Part shown: positions 37,419-49,800 of the stretch, one piece after another | Layout: every line of letters begins with the position of its first letter | Numbering within the stretch: position 1 is the first letter of the stretch | Assembly (NCBI RefSeq): GCF_006345805.1 | Contig: NC_042999.1 | Location: forward strand, 147,746,001 to 147,810,000 | Length of the DNA: 64,000 nt | DNA from: Octopus sinensis | Taxonomy: Eukaryota | Reading direction: 5' to 3' | The notes under the pieces: generated by a model | Told to the model about the DNA's origin: nothing | The model's database searches: none | What the model saw: only the letters and a program-made list of their open reading frames with translations | Program-made: the position numbers and the translations under genes

Positions 37419-37905
37419 TGTGAATGGATTTGGTAGACGGAAACTGAAAGAAGTATGTGTGTGTGTGTGTGTGTAGCTAGGCTCGGACCTAATTTTGTGT
37501 GATAAGAAGCTTGTTTCCCGAATACATGGTTCCGGAATTCAGCCTCACAACGTGGTGCGTTGGGCAAGTGTCTTCTACTCTATACTCAGGCTGCAAAAAG
37601 CCTTGCGGATGGATCTGGAATGCAGAGACTGAAATCCCGTCGTATATATGTGGATGTGTGGCGGGAGGTTGACTCTGTGTGTTCCTATGTGTTTATTCCT
37701 ATGTGTGTGTATCTTTATGACTGAGTTAGTCCAGCGATACCATTTGACAACTGGTGTGTGTGGATTTACGTCCTCGTAGCTTACCGGTTCGAAAAAGTCG
37801 CTTAGAAAAAAGTTCCCGGGTCGATTTGTACAACTAGAACAGAACCCTTAAAGGCGCATCACAGCATGTCCGCAATCAAATCACTGAAACAATTATAAGA
37901 TAAAA
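37419..37905 (+). mobile_element. Degenerate SINE family B copies (fragment 37419-37455 plus an older near-full copy)
   Basis: GGATTTGGTAGACGGAAACTGAAAGAAG, GGGCAAGTGTCTTCTAC, GGGTCGATTTG motifs. Confidence 0.7.
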
Positions 37906-37911
37906 AGTGTG

Positions 37912-37955
<44 letters not shown>

Positions 37956-38026
37956 TAAAAACGGTAAGATAACAAAATAAAGAAAGAGACCTCAATATTA
38001 TGTAAATAGAGGAAATTTATCTATAA

Positions 38027-38236
38027 AATAATATGTTACATTTACTCAATAGTCAAGATAAAACTCTGAGTTTCAGATGCCGAAGTGGAAATCCACAACA
38101 CCATCTCTTCGGTTATCTGGCCATCTGAAAAACGCTATGAAAAAATACCGTTATATAAAGGGAAATTACTGTGTTATAATTCTGCTCGCGAACCCACTCA
38201 GAGTTTTATCTTGACTATTGAGTAAATGTAACATAT

Positions 38237-38240
<4 letters not shown>
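38027..38240. repeat. Perfect 45-bp inverted repeat (38027-38071 / 38196-38240) in a TA-flanked Penelope-like fragment
   Basis: AATAATATGTTACATTTACTCAATAGTCAAGATAAAACTCTGAGT and its exact reverse complement. Confidence 0.95.
38056..38118 (-). ncRNA. Type I hammerhead variant (U4C core, GUU triplet)
   Basis: Minus strand AGATAA-CCGAAGA-GATG..CATCT-GAA-ACTCAGAGT-T-TTATCT: 6-bp stem I, 3-bp stem III with CAG loop. Confidence 0.65.
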
Positions 38241-38300
<60 letters not shown>

Positions 38301-39439
38301 GTATGTATATGTATATATGGATGGATTTATTTATACACGATTGTGCGTGTAACTGCTAGGAATGAATGAAACCAGTACAGTTTTTAATTCTGTTCCGACT
38401 ATTATATAAATCATAAGCAATATGAATGGTAAAAATCCGTGAAAGTGTTATCCTAGCAAGCAGCCCAATAAATGGATTCAGTTAAATAAAGATTAACTGA
38501 GTATATATTTCATACAACAACCATTCAATTAGAAGCTGGTAATTATTCCTTTTTGTAAGCCAATAAAGATTCATGCAATACCAAGTGGAATAACTGGACA
38601 GATAACTTAATTTTCTCCATTCGATGAACATCATATGCAAATATTTCAATCGGTGAAATGTTTGAGGTACTAGATCGCCGAATATAATCTTTCGTGAGAT
38701 TTTTCCGGCCTTCTGCTTCCTGCGTTTCTAGTATATAACTACCAAGAACATTTTCCATTTTCACTAGTTTCCTAAACTACAATTATTCCATGAAAAAAGA
38801 AAACAAAACGCAAAACACCTTCTAATGACTTTCCTCCAGTTTTTATTTATTTTTACCTTTAATGAAATACCTCGGTAAAATTATTTCAAATAAACAAATT
38901 ACATGTCATACCATTTTAACAATTTCTAAAAAGAATGAAATAATGCTATAAATCATTCTTTCTCATTAGAAATTTCAAGAACTTCATATAAGAAAAAACA
39001 ATTGAAATATGTAAATACTGTGTATCTTTTTTCTCGTAATTCCTAAATTTCAAGCCCAGATTTTGTAATCAAGCCTTATATGAACAAATTATTATCTCTC
39101 TTCCATCATTAGGGATATTACTTTAACATATAAACCGGGATATCTTAGTTACCAGATTAAAGTATTTCGAGCAAATAAGCAAATGTTTTCTGGTGACCAC
39201 CCCTTATGAAATTATTTTTGTACTCATGAGGATTATCTAAACGTTTCTAGCCAGCGAAATACATATACGTCTGCATTATTCAAATTTACACCTACAGAAT
39301 GTTCGGACTGTATCTCAGGATTTTTAATGCTGTTTTCTTTCAGTAACAGTCTTGATGTATTGTTGAACAGGCAACGGTTTTCAAAAACATAAAGATTAAA
39401 ACTGTAATAGAGAAGTTAGATGTTATGGAGGACTGGAAG

Positions 39440-40161
39440 CCTTCTGAAAAGAGTCGTTATGATAATTCGGACCGTATATCAAAATATTGATATCATGACT
39501 GCTGCTAAATATTCTATGAGCACTGTGAAAGCTGTAAGACGTGACATGGACAGCTGCAACGGAGAATATGAACTGTGGTCAACAGGAAAGTAATGAGCTT
39601 TGGGTGTGCTCCAGTGAGTGAGGCATCATGCCACTCCTTAGGCGACGTAAAGTTGCCTGAGACTGGTAAAACTCTGGATGGACAGGATTGCTACTAGAAA
39701 GCTATATGTGTATTAGCAGGATTTGGCTCCTTGCCATACCTCCAGAAAGAGTCAGAAGGGATTATTTGGAGAATTTCGCCGCTTTCACCAGCCCCAACTT
39801 CTGGTCTCCTACTTTTCCCGTTTGCAATCCTATGGTCACAATGTGTGAGGCACGTTTGAAAAAGACATCAACTGCTCTGCCTAAAACACTAAGGCCGAGC
39901 TGGTGGCAAAAAATCAAGGAGGTAGTCGAGGGTCTTTCCAAGGACACAATGAGGAAGGCATGCACCAGGTTCCGGACCGTCTTCAGGTCGTGGGTGGTGG
40001 AAGCTGAGGGCAGTTATTTTGACTATTTTGAGTAAACTGTTACTTTCCTGGCGTAATCTATTTGACGAATTTTTAATTTTATTATCAATTTTATTTTGGC
40101 ATGGGAAATAGTGTTTCCTTTACCCTTTATGTAAACTGTCAAATTTAGCCCGAACACCCTG
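39440..40161 (+). mobile_element. Internally deleted, decayed IS630/Tc1/mariner element (maT/DD37D-like)
   Basis: QDLAPCHTSRKSQK and FWSPTFPVCNPM (cf. QDSAPCH..WPPNSPDCNPMDY), ..VEAEGSYF..E* C-terminus; N-terminal HTH-like STVKAVRRDMDSCNGEYE; right TIR-like end ..CCGAACACCCTG. Confidence 0.8.
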
Positions 40162-40310
40162 CAGATGAACTGCACTGGTAAATGATTCTGCGTAGTAACT
40201 CCGAAGTGAATAATGTACAGGAATGTGAGCTATTAAACTCAGTGATTAAGAAAGCGACGTACTACCTTTCATTGCTGTTGTTGATGCTGTTGTTGTTGCT
40301 GCTGCTGCTT

Positions 40311-40345
<35 letters not shown>

Positions 40346-40852
40346 AAGCAACAAGACGGATAAGGGTGATTAGGTGATGGTCTAGGGCTTAGGGGCGGGA
40401 GACCCCAGACCTTGGAAAAAAAACTTTGGTCGTATTGTTGGTGTCAAGGGCTCTTTGTTGACGCCCGACACCACTGGGAGGTGGCCCTAGAAGTCGCTGG
40501 AAATGGAGATCTCCAGGTCCAAATTCTTGGACGGCTGTTTTTATTGTTGTTGTTTCAGATTAAGTTCAGTCTTGGAGCGGACATGTAAAGATTATAACCG
40601 CGGCGACAATGTAAAATGCATTTTAAGTCGGTGAAGTTTCAATTCAGAACGACTTGACTACTGTGTAGCAGAAATAATGGCCAGATAGAAGTACGTCGAT
40701 GTTTCAACAGAGTATCGATAATGCTAGCATCCGCTCTCTTTCAGCATTGGTTAGCTGCTTAATTAAAATTTAGATCTCATACCAGTTACTGCCAACACAA
40801 ATAGTTTATAATGATATAGTTTAATTGTACAATGGGAAATTAAATATACCAA

Positions 40853-40895
40853 CCAACAGACTAGAAATTTTCTGATTAAATTTCTAGTCTGTTGG
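40853..40895. repeat. Perfect 18-bp hairpin with 7-nt loop
   Basis: CCAACAGACTAGAAATTT-tctgatt-AAATTTCTAGTCTGTTGG. Confidence 0.9.
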
Positions 40896-40943
40896 GCTGT
40901 ATATCCGATTCTCAAGGAAGACTTATGTCTTTCCTTATTCAGC

Positions 40944-40978
<35 letters not shown>

Positions 40979-41144
40979 TATGCATGTATATGTATAAGTA
41001 TATGCATGTATGTATATGTATATATGTATATATATGTGTGTGTGTGCGTGTGTGTGTGTGTGTGTATTTATATATATATGTGTGTGTGTGTGTGCATATA
41101 TATACGCATGTATGTACGTATATATATATATATATGTATATGTA

Positions 41145-41193
<49 letters not shown>

Positions 41194-41814
41194 GTATGAT
41201 TGTGTGTGTGAGTTTGTGTGTGTCTGTTTGTGTGTGTCTATACGTCTGTGTGACTATGGGTACAAGTGTGCATAAGTGTATGATTATCTATCGATTACCA
41301 GTTGGAGATATTTCATTTAAATCATACCAATACAGATGATGACAAAAGCAATACCTTCATTCTCTCTCTTTTATCACCGAAGTGTGAAAATGCGAGACAC
41401 CCGTGTAGTTCAATTCTACATGCTAGATGTCCGTTTGCTTAATGGAGAGTTTCATTAGCAGCATGTTTTAAAACTGTAATGATTTCCCCTGGAAATTAAA
41501 GTATCTATGAACAGGTCAGGTGTATCGAAGCACGTGACCAGGAAACCTCAGGAGAAATATACAATCATTGTGATGGAGCGGACGCCGGGAGCGGTAAGGT
41601 GAATTGTTTGTCTAAAATACACCATAAATCTTCAATAATATTGAGATCTGTGGTGTGTGGTGGCCAGATAAGATGTTGAACTTAACTAGAAAGTTCCTCG
41701 TGCCATTCAGTAGCAAATACAGCTGTATGAATTGGTGCATTACCATCCTGAAAGATTGCGTTTCCCTCTGGAAAGTTACACAACCATAGAATGAATGTAA
41801 TCAGATAAGATGCT

Positions 41815-42663
41815 TAAATATTCATCACTATTAATTCTGCCATGAAGGGAAACCAATGGGCCGGCGGATTTCCAAGATATAGCCCCCCCCCAACCCAGAT
41901 CATTACAGATCCTCCTCCATATTTAACAGTTGGAAGAAGACATCCTGGGGTCAAATGATTCTTTTGGCTGTCTCCACACGTATACTCGGCCGATAGTTGG
42001 AAATAAGGTAAAGGATGACTCGTCCGAGAAAATAACATTCTTATACTGCTCTAGGTACCAATTCTGTGGGTTTTTACTCCACTCTAAACGCTTTGCAACG
42101 TTTGTTTTTGAAAGTACTTGTTTTCTGATTGCAGCTCTCCCGTAAAACCCGGCTTTGTGCAGCGCCCGACGAACAGTTTTTTGTGGAAACTGGTTCTCGA
42201 GGTGGTCATTAAGCTCTGCAGTAATTTTGATGGTGCACTTTTGTGATACTTTCTAACAATTCGCGTAAGTGTCAGACGGTCCCTACCTAAAAGTTTGGGT
42301 TTTCTTCCGGAGTTTTGTTTCGACGAGGAGGTTTCCTCTTTCTCAAAGGCTGTCATTACTTTCGAGACAGTAATTCTTTATACACCAAACATTTCGGCAG
42401 TGTTCCTTACGCTAGCGCCTGCCATACGAGCACCAACTATTAGACCTCTTTGAAAGTCCGATTGATCTGTCATTTTAATAAATTTTAATTATCTTTTTCT
42501 GATGATATGTGAAAAGAAACAGCAATTTTAGCAAAACATATTAAGCAACGCTAATAATAAATTAAAAAACGTAAAAATAAATAAGCTTTTGACGGTTTTA
42601 TAGATTATTTCAAAATTATGATGCTACGATGCTAGGTGTTTCCATTACTTTGTCCAACCCCTG
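41815..42663 (-). mobile_element. Tc1 transposon, 5' TIR + truncated transposase pseudogene (ATG at 42473)
   Basis: TA-CAGGGGTTGGACAAAGTAATGGAAACAC TIR at 42636-42663; MTDQSDFQRGLIVGARMAGASV.., SGRKPKL, SDESSFTLF, CLLPTVKYGGGSVMIW; frameshifts; other end missing. Confidence 0.92.
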
Positions 42664-42668
42664 TATAT

Positions 42669-42699
<31 letters not shown>

Positions 42700-42843
42700 G
42701 TTTGTGTGTGTGTGTGTGTGTATAATATTTTACGTTATATCCTGACGTTTATAGGCATTTTTATGGACGACGTCCAGTATTCACGGTTTGACGCTCGACA
42801 AATTGAGAAAGTACTTCATCATCATCGTCATCGTCATCGTAGC

Positions 42844-42908
<65 letters not shown>

Positions 42909-44329
42909 CAGCAGCAGCAGCAGCAATAGTAGTAGTTACCTGTAATAGAGGCAGAACATTCAGCATCGCTATATGTAAATTATATTATAAATACCCTTTC
43001 TATCAAATTTCGCAATCATTTCAAATAATTTAATTAATGTTTGAGTGTTTGTAGAATTGTCCCAGTGATTATTATTTCGTTATCAATTTGTACACGAGTT
43101 TCCTTGTTACTTTCTCATGAAAGATGATTAAAATGAAGATCGTTTCGTAATAGGATTTCATTTTCTTTTATCTTACTTGGTGCAAATTAAGTATTTGGCA
43201 TTCAGTTTTTATTGTATTAATAGCTTTCTGTTCCCTCTTGCCTACAGACACGAAATTATTGGCGCAGGTTGATGAGGTGACAACCTACAATGTGAAAAGG
43301 TCTCGAGTTTATATTACGACAGGTGTTATACATGTCGTCCATAAATGAATCATTAAATTCTCGCTAGGCTCGTGCACTTGCTTGTGAGAAGAAGCGACGT
43401 ATAATTAATTAGTGGTTCGTTGAGTTGCAATTGATTTGAATTTAAAATCTCCGAACTGGTTTTAAGAACACAATACGAATACACTTTAACTACAAGGTTA
43501 TCGGGTGTCCTCTAGATGCCAATATCTTTGTTCTATAAAATTATTGGTTGATTAAAAGCTTTCCGTTTAAATCCTACTACCACAATCATGAACTGCATAA
43601 ACCAGTGAAAGGAAGGGGTCTAAGGAGTCGCCCTATGTTCAAGAAATAGGAGCCATTCAACCATGTTTAAAAGTGAAAAATACATTAAGTCATTGCACGG
43701 AGTCTGAATATAACTGGAAAATCTGAATTTAACTAACCAAATCTGGAAAGCCTTTGATATCAGTTCTGCATGATTAAAACTCATTTGGAGCTCAGCAGCA
43801 ACAACAATTACTGTGTGATCAATAGGAGAGATAGGTTGAAAAGTAACAATCAAAGCGTTGTTAGTCTTCATCATTAACAACATAATCTATATATCTTAAT
43901 ACAGAGAATCCGAGAGCAACCACAATGTTTTGTATTGTATAATGGTTTAAAATACTTTAATATGTATTACTGATTTATTATTTTCGTCGAAAGCGGCAAA
44001 ATCATAAAATTAGTACTCTGATGTGTCGATTTCTCTTGGAAAATCATTAACGTATTAAATTACTTGAATGAAATTAAACAGGCATGCAAACTGTCATCTC
44101 CACCGGTTTCATTGTTAAAATAAGATACCAAAAATCAAATATAACTTTAGACATTTTCTTTAAATTCTCCATATATTCTACTTGAACTTCATCTGTTATT
44201 CTCAGCCGTATTTACGAATATCAATGTGGATATCAGTGTTGTCGTGAAATTAATACAGATTCTTATCAGATGCAACATGGATTTCTCCATTTTATACATA
44301 CGTAAGATACTTCATTCATTACGTAAGTG

Positions 44330-45070
44330 CGGGATGAAATCATACTTTCCCTGTCAATATCACAGTGAATTTAGAGGGATACGAGTGGTAGATTGTGATG
44401 GATTTAAAGAATGGTGCGTGAGTGAATTAGGTGTGAGAGACATGTGTGCCATCTGGATCATTGAAACCTCGAAATCTAGCGATGGAGGTTTGGGACTCAA
44501 GAGAAGGGTGCGACGCTCTGAAGAATAAAATGAAAGTGTTTAGTTCTTCGTGAGAAAGATAAGGGTTGCCGACACAAACATGATTGTAACGGCCAGATAA
44601 TTCTTGGGGGGAATCAGTAAACTCGGAAAAGATTTGTGTCGCAACATAGACAACAAATAAGTGTTCATACCCATGGTTATTCCAATGATCGGTATATATA
44701 GAGTTGATATCAATAGTGGAAATTGAGGGGACGGAGAGAAAGAAATGGAAAAGGCACAGAGAATTGTTGTTACCATAGACGGGAGAAGGAAGAGCAGCAA
44801 ATAACAGTGTCAGGTGTGCATTGGTATAACTAGATGAGTTAGGCAGGAGCAGGTACAAGAAAGAAAGACATTTCCGCAGAGTTGTAGGGTTTATGGATGT
44901 TAGACAAGATGTATAATTTGGAGATTGGAGTATGCAGGCCATACGTTTGGAAACTGCTGAAATTAGAAGCGAGAAAGATATGAATCTGGAGCTAAAAATG
45001 GGGAAACAAAGCGAAAATAGATTCATAAGGCAACGGACAGGAGAAAGGAGTATTCCGAAGCACTACATGC
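44330..45070 (-). pseudogene. Possible decayed LINE apurinic-type endonuclease region
   Basis: 199-codon non-microsatellite ORF with faint echoes of GDFN..H..W and SDH motifs; catalytic residues not preserved. Confidence 0.3.
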
Positions 45071-45556
45071 ATAGCCAAAAACTACACACATATTTATGTG
45101 TGTGTGAACATGTATGTATCTAAGAATATATGGAAGTATAAGACTATGTAAATATATGTGTATATATATATATATGTATATATATGTATATAAGCATATA
45201 TATATAAAGATATATATGTACATGAATACATATACACACACACATACATATATACATACATACATACATACATGAATACGTATTTATATACATAATGCAT
45301 ACATACACACATGCATACAAATATTTATATATATATATATATCCATTGTTCATAGTGGCCGTATCCCATCATCTTTATAAAGACAAACGAAAGGCTTCTA
45401 AAATATGAAAATAGTGGAACTTCCTGTCTCTATGTTATCGATTAATCACCACATCTCGATGTCAACTTTCAAATTGATCAATGGTCTAATTTGATTTGCT
45501 TTACATAGATATATTTATACCATATATATATATATATATATATAGATATATATATA

Positions 45557-45616
<60 letters not shown>

Positions 45617-46016
45617 GTACACATATAAAACATTTAACATTCATGTTTTTTACAAGTATTTTCAATGTTTTTCTTTTATTGTTTTTTTGTTTGGGAAAAG
45701 TTCAGCAAAGCAAATATTTGATTGATTCGATTGTGAATCTTGCTTACAAATTTTCAAAATACATTAACGCTGGATACATAATAAAGATAGAGAAAAAAAC
45801 TTTTCTGCCTAATAGTTTAATTAGCTGCATTCAAGGATGTATTCATGATAAAATGTGCTTTCTATCTGAATAATGCCTACGTACATTACATAGATACACA
45901 CATATATTCATACATAAATACATATACAGATACATAGATACATCCATACATACATATATATTGCATAGGTGCATGCACATATGTGACTGTGTGTATAGGT
46001 ATAAGCATATAAATAT

Positions 46017-46096
<80 letters not shown>

Positions 46097-47149
46097 TATA
46101 TATATATGTATACATATATATGTAAATACATGAATATATATATGCGTATATACATATACATATATATATATACATACATATATATACGTATATATGTGTG
46201 TATGTGTGGGATATAGTTATATGCATTTATATAAATAAGTATATATATTGTATATGTACGTGTGCATGTATGTGTATATGTATATATATATATGCATGTA
46301 TATACCTATATATGTATATTTATGTGTGTGTGTGTGTGAGTGTGTGTGTGTGTGTGTATACATTCGTGTAAGAAAAGTAGGAATGTGTTCATATATATGT
46401 ATATTTCTGAATAAACGATTATAGAAATACATATATTATAGATTATAGAGAAATATGTGTGTTATATTACATTTTGATATCAAATATATCTCTGCCCGTG
46501 CGCATGTGTATGTGTGTGTGTTTGTTGTATATGTTACTTGCCGTGTATATGAAAGTGTACCATAATTTACGTAATACATATACATACAGAAACTCATGCG
46601 AAAGGAAAGAATATGGCGTCTGATACCCAACAGAAATCCGTGCGTTTGTATGTAAAAGCATCCACATTGGATAATATATGAATAGGCAAAAATACTCCTG
46701 CTTACACACGCAACACATATACTTGTATATATGTATATACTTAAAGATAGATAGAGAGAGAGAGAGAAATAGGTAGCTAGATGCATACATACGTATATGT
46801 ACATTCATATATATACATACATGTAGGCAGGCAAGTATACACGCACATACACACACATATATGTATATATATATACATATATACTTGCATGCCTATAATT
46901 CAAACGTAGTAGTGGAGATAAATCACGCAATCATTCATTTGGAAGTAACTTAATCAGACAACAGACAGGTATGTCTGTGTGATATCAACCGATTTACGCT
47001 CAGTGTAACGCTGTTCTGCCATTGAATTCAGTAGCCAAAAATTCTGCACTCCCCTTTGTCGTTTTTGCTTATGTTTTCGTTCAACATTGCTGAACGATAC
47101 GTATCTGTATGTTTCCATATGCATGTGCTATATATATGTATATATGTGT

Positions 47150-47180
<31 letters not shown>

Positions 47181-47284
47181 CGTGCGCGCGCGCGCGTTTT
47201 CTCTATGTGTGTTTCTGAGTAGGTTTATATATGTGTATCTGTATCTCTGTCTTTCTTTTTCTCTCTCTCCCTGTATATATATAC

Positions 47285-47371
<87 letters not shown>

Positions 47372-47413
47372 TTATATATAAATATATACATACATATATG
47401 TACATATTTGTAC

Positions 47414-47447
<34 letters not shown>

Positions 47448-48499
47448 CATACATGCATTCATGCATTTATATATACTGGCATTATGTATACATATTTAAG
47501 CAGATACATACGCACATACATATACAATGATGGATGTATGTTTGAGCTACCACCTCTTTATTCAATACTGCTATAAATTTAGAAAGGATTGTTTTGTTGT
47601 TGTTTTTTCCTTGTCATGGCCAACCATTTATTGGCAAATCTGATATTTTGTGCTTAATAAACGCGCAATGAACCGCTAAAATCATCTAAATGAAACTTCA
47701 TACTGATCATCCGCTTGAATGAACAATCAATCAACCGAAAATGTTGCACAAGGATGTTATTATAATTTATTTAATTATTGTTTTGTAAAAAGTGATTGTG
47801 GATCAACAGGCATCACTATTTATCTCCCCTGTCAGAGTAAATTTAAACGAAAGAAATGCTGTTTTTCCTTTTGTATAGGAGGCTAATATGTTGACCTGAA
47901 CAGCCCTAATGTATGCATCTATGTATTATGTATGTTTGTATGTATGTATGTACATATATACGTATGTATGTATATATATACATATATATATATTCACACA
48001 GACACAAATACAGACACAAACACATACACATGCACACACATATGTATGTTTTAGTATAAATGTATGTATGTATGTATGCATTTGTTGTTGTTCTTAAAAT
48101 GAGACGTTAATTATATTTTTTGTAACAATAACATTCACCCATCAAAACATTTGCACTGTTCAGAGGACAATATTAGCCTCCTACACAAAAGGAAAAAAAT
48201 TGTCTTTTTCTCGTTCAAAATTGAACTGAAACGAAGAATTCATTGTAACATAGGCATAACACTTGAAAGTTATTTGACTGAAAAAAAGAATTGACCACAT
48301 GGAGCTCAATATCTTAAATGTATCTTATTTTATGGAATCTGGAGGGGCGATATATAAAGGTGACCTCTGACTGACTTGGACTTAGTACCTAAGAACCACA
48401 ACGAATACCCCCCATGCTTTATCCGATACTCTAGTGTTCCTGTCAATCCAACATCCCCTGTAATGTTCCATACATGTGGGAATGATTTGAACACTGAAC

Positions 48500-48650
48500 G
48501 GGTAATGGGTACAGTCTGTTATACCGAACATAGTACGACACTGTTAGTTCATTTTATAGATCTTAGAGAGAGGAGGTGCAAAGTTATCCTCGGCGGGAAT
48601 TGAACTAAGATCATTGAATATACAGCGGTAATACTGCAAAACATTTTCCC
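48500..48650 (-). mobile_element. Old degenerate SINE family A fragment
   Basis: GCAAAGTTATCCTCGGCGGGAATTGAACT resembles the reverse complement of the family A B-box/central domain. Confidence 0.5.
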
Positions 48651-49421
48651 CTGATTCTCCCCCCATCAAGCCAATCCAATGAACCTTTGAGGAGTCAATA
48701 GTTAAAAAAAAATGATTATCCATTTAGTCAATCATGCAATATATTCAATGAATGCACTTGATCTTATATCGATGATTTTAACCATCAAGATTCAAGAAAT
48801 ACTTGGCATTATTATCATATTAATCAAATTTTAAATTTATTTTGTTACATATACATCGGAAAATATTACTTCTTTCTGATTAAAAATAAAGTGATCAATA
48901 AATAACAGTTCTAAACAGAAATAAATCAGAAATTCAGCTAAACCGGCGAAGCACACTGACTAGCAAATTTCTTTCATTAATAACGCTGTCTTTATGTTTG
49001 TTTGTTGTTTTTGTTATTAATTCCTAATATATCTTAATGGGACTTAACTTTGAGTCTAATATATGAGACTTGCGTCAGTTCCTCAAGTGATTTAATTTTT
49101 CTTTAACAATATATTATTGAAATCTTGCCATGCAGGAAATACTTTAAGCAAAACACAATGTGCCCAGGAGCCATATTCATATTCGGAGTTTCTGTTAGTT
49201 TTTGAAACGCTTTCGCTTTATAGACACCAAAAATAGCATTTATACACACACTCTCACATACACACACACGCACAAACACTCACACAAGCACACACACGCA
49301 CACATACACACCCACACATGTCGCCAACACTCACCACATATATATAATATGCATATTAACGTAAATAATAGTGAGTACATATGTATGTATATATATATAC
49401 TTATATTAAAGCTGCAAAACA

Positions 49422-49476
49422 TCACAAAAAAAGCGTTACTCGGAGTTTCACGTTCCCGCTCGTCGGATAATTGTGA
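49422..49476 (-). ncRNA. Hammerhead-like motif (U4C core, GUA triplet, imperfect stem I)
   Basis: Minus strand CCGACGA-GCG(ggaa)CGT-GAA-ACTCCGAGT-A; distal stem TCACAA/TTGTGA, proximal stem I mismatched. Confidence 0.55.
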
Positions 49477-49533
49477 TCTAGCAACTTGTCCGACGATGCC
49501 ATGAACCCTTCTATTAGGCTACAACAAGTAACA

Positions 49534-49800
49534 TTAGTTGCCAAGAACCCTCATAAATATCCTAGCTGTCCCTAATAACACTGTTTTCTGGAGCTGTACT
49601 AAACTGGGTTTTATGCCTATTTCCTCTATCCATCTGTTCAAATCTTTAGGGATAGTTCCCAGTGCACCTATAACTACTGTGACACATTTTACCCACAATT
49701 TCCATAGTTTCTGTAATTCAATGGCAAAGTCATGATACTTTGCTATTTTTTCTATACTTTTCACATTAAGGTTTCCATCATTTGGTAATGTAAAGTCAAT
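49534..49800 (-). pseudogene. C-terminal RLE fragment of a second R4/Dong family
   Basis: IDFTLPNDGNL..K..EKIAKYHDFAIE..KLW..VVIGALGTI..LQKTVLLGTARI; 5' junction in (TAA)n/(CAA)n at 49800-49873; clearly diverged from the 10-13 kb family. Confidence 0.85.

Noticed and set aside
43286-43320. Hammerhead-like TTGATGA-GGT(gaca)ACC..GAAA
   Set aside because: Eight extra nucleotides between stem II and GAAA, and no stem I; likely chance.
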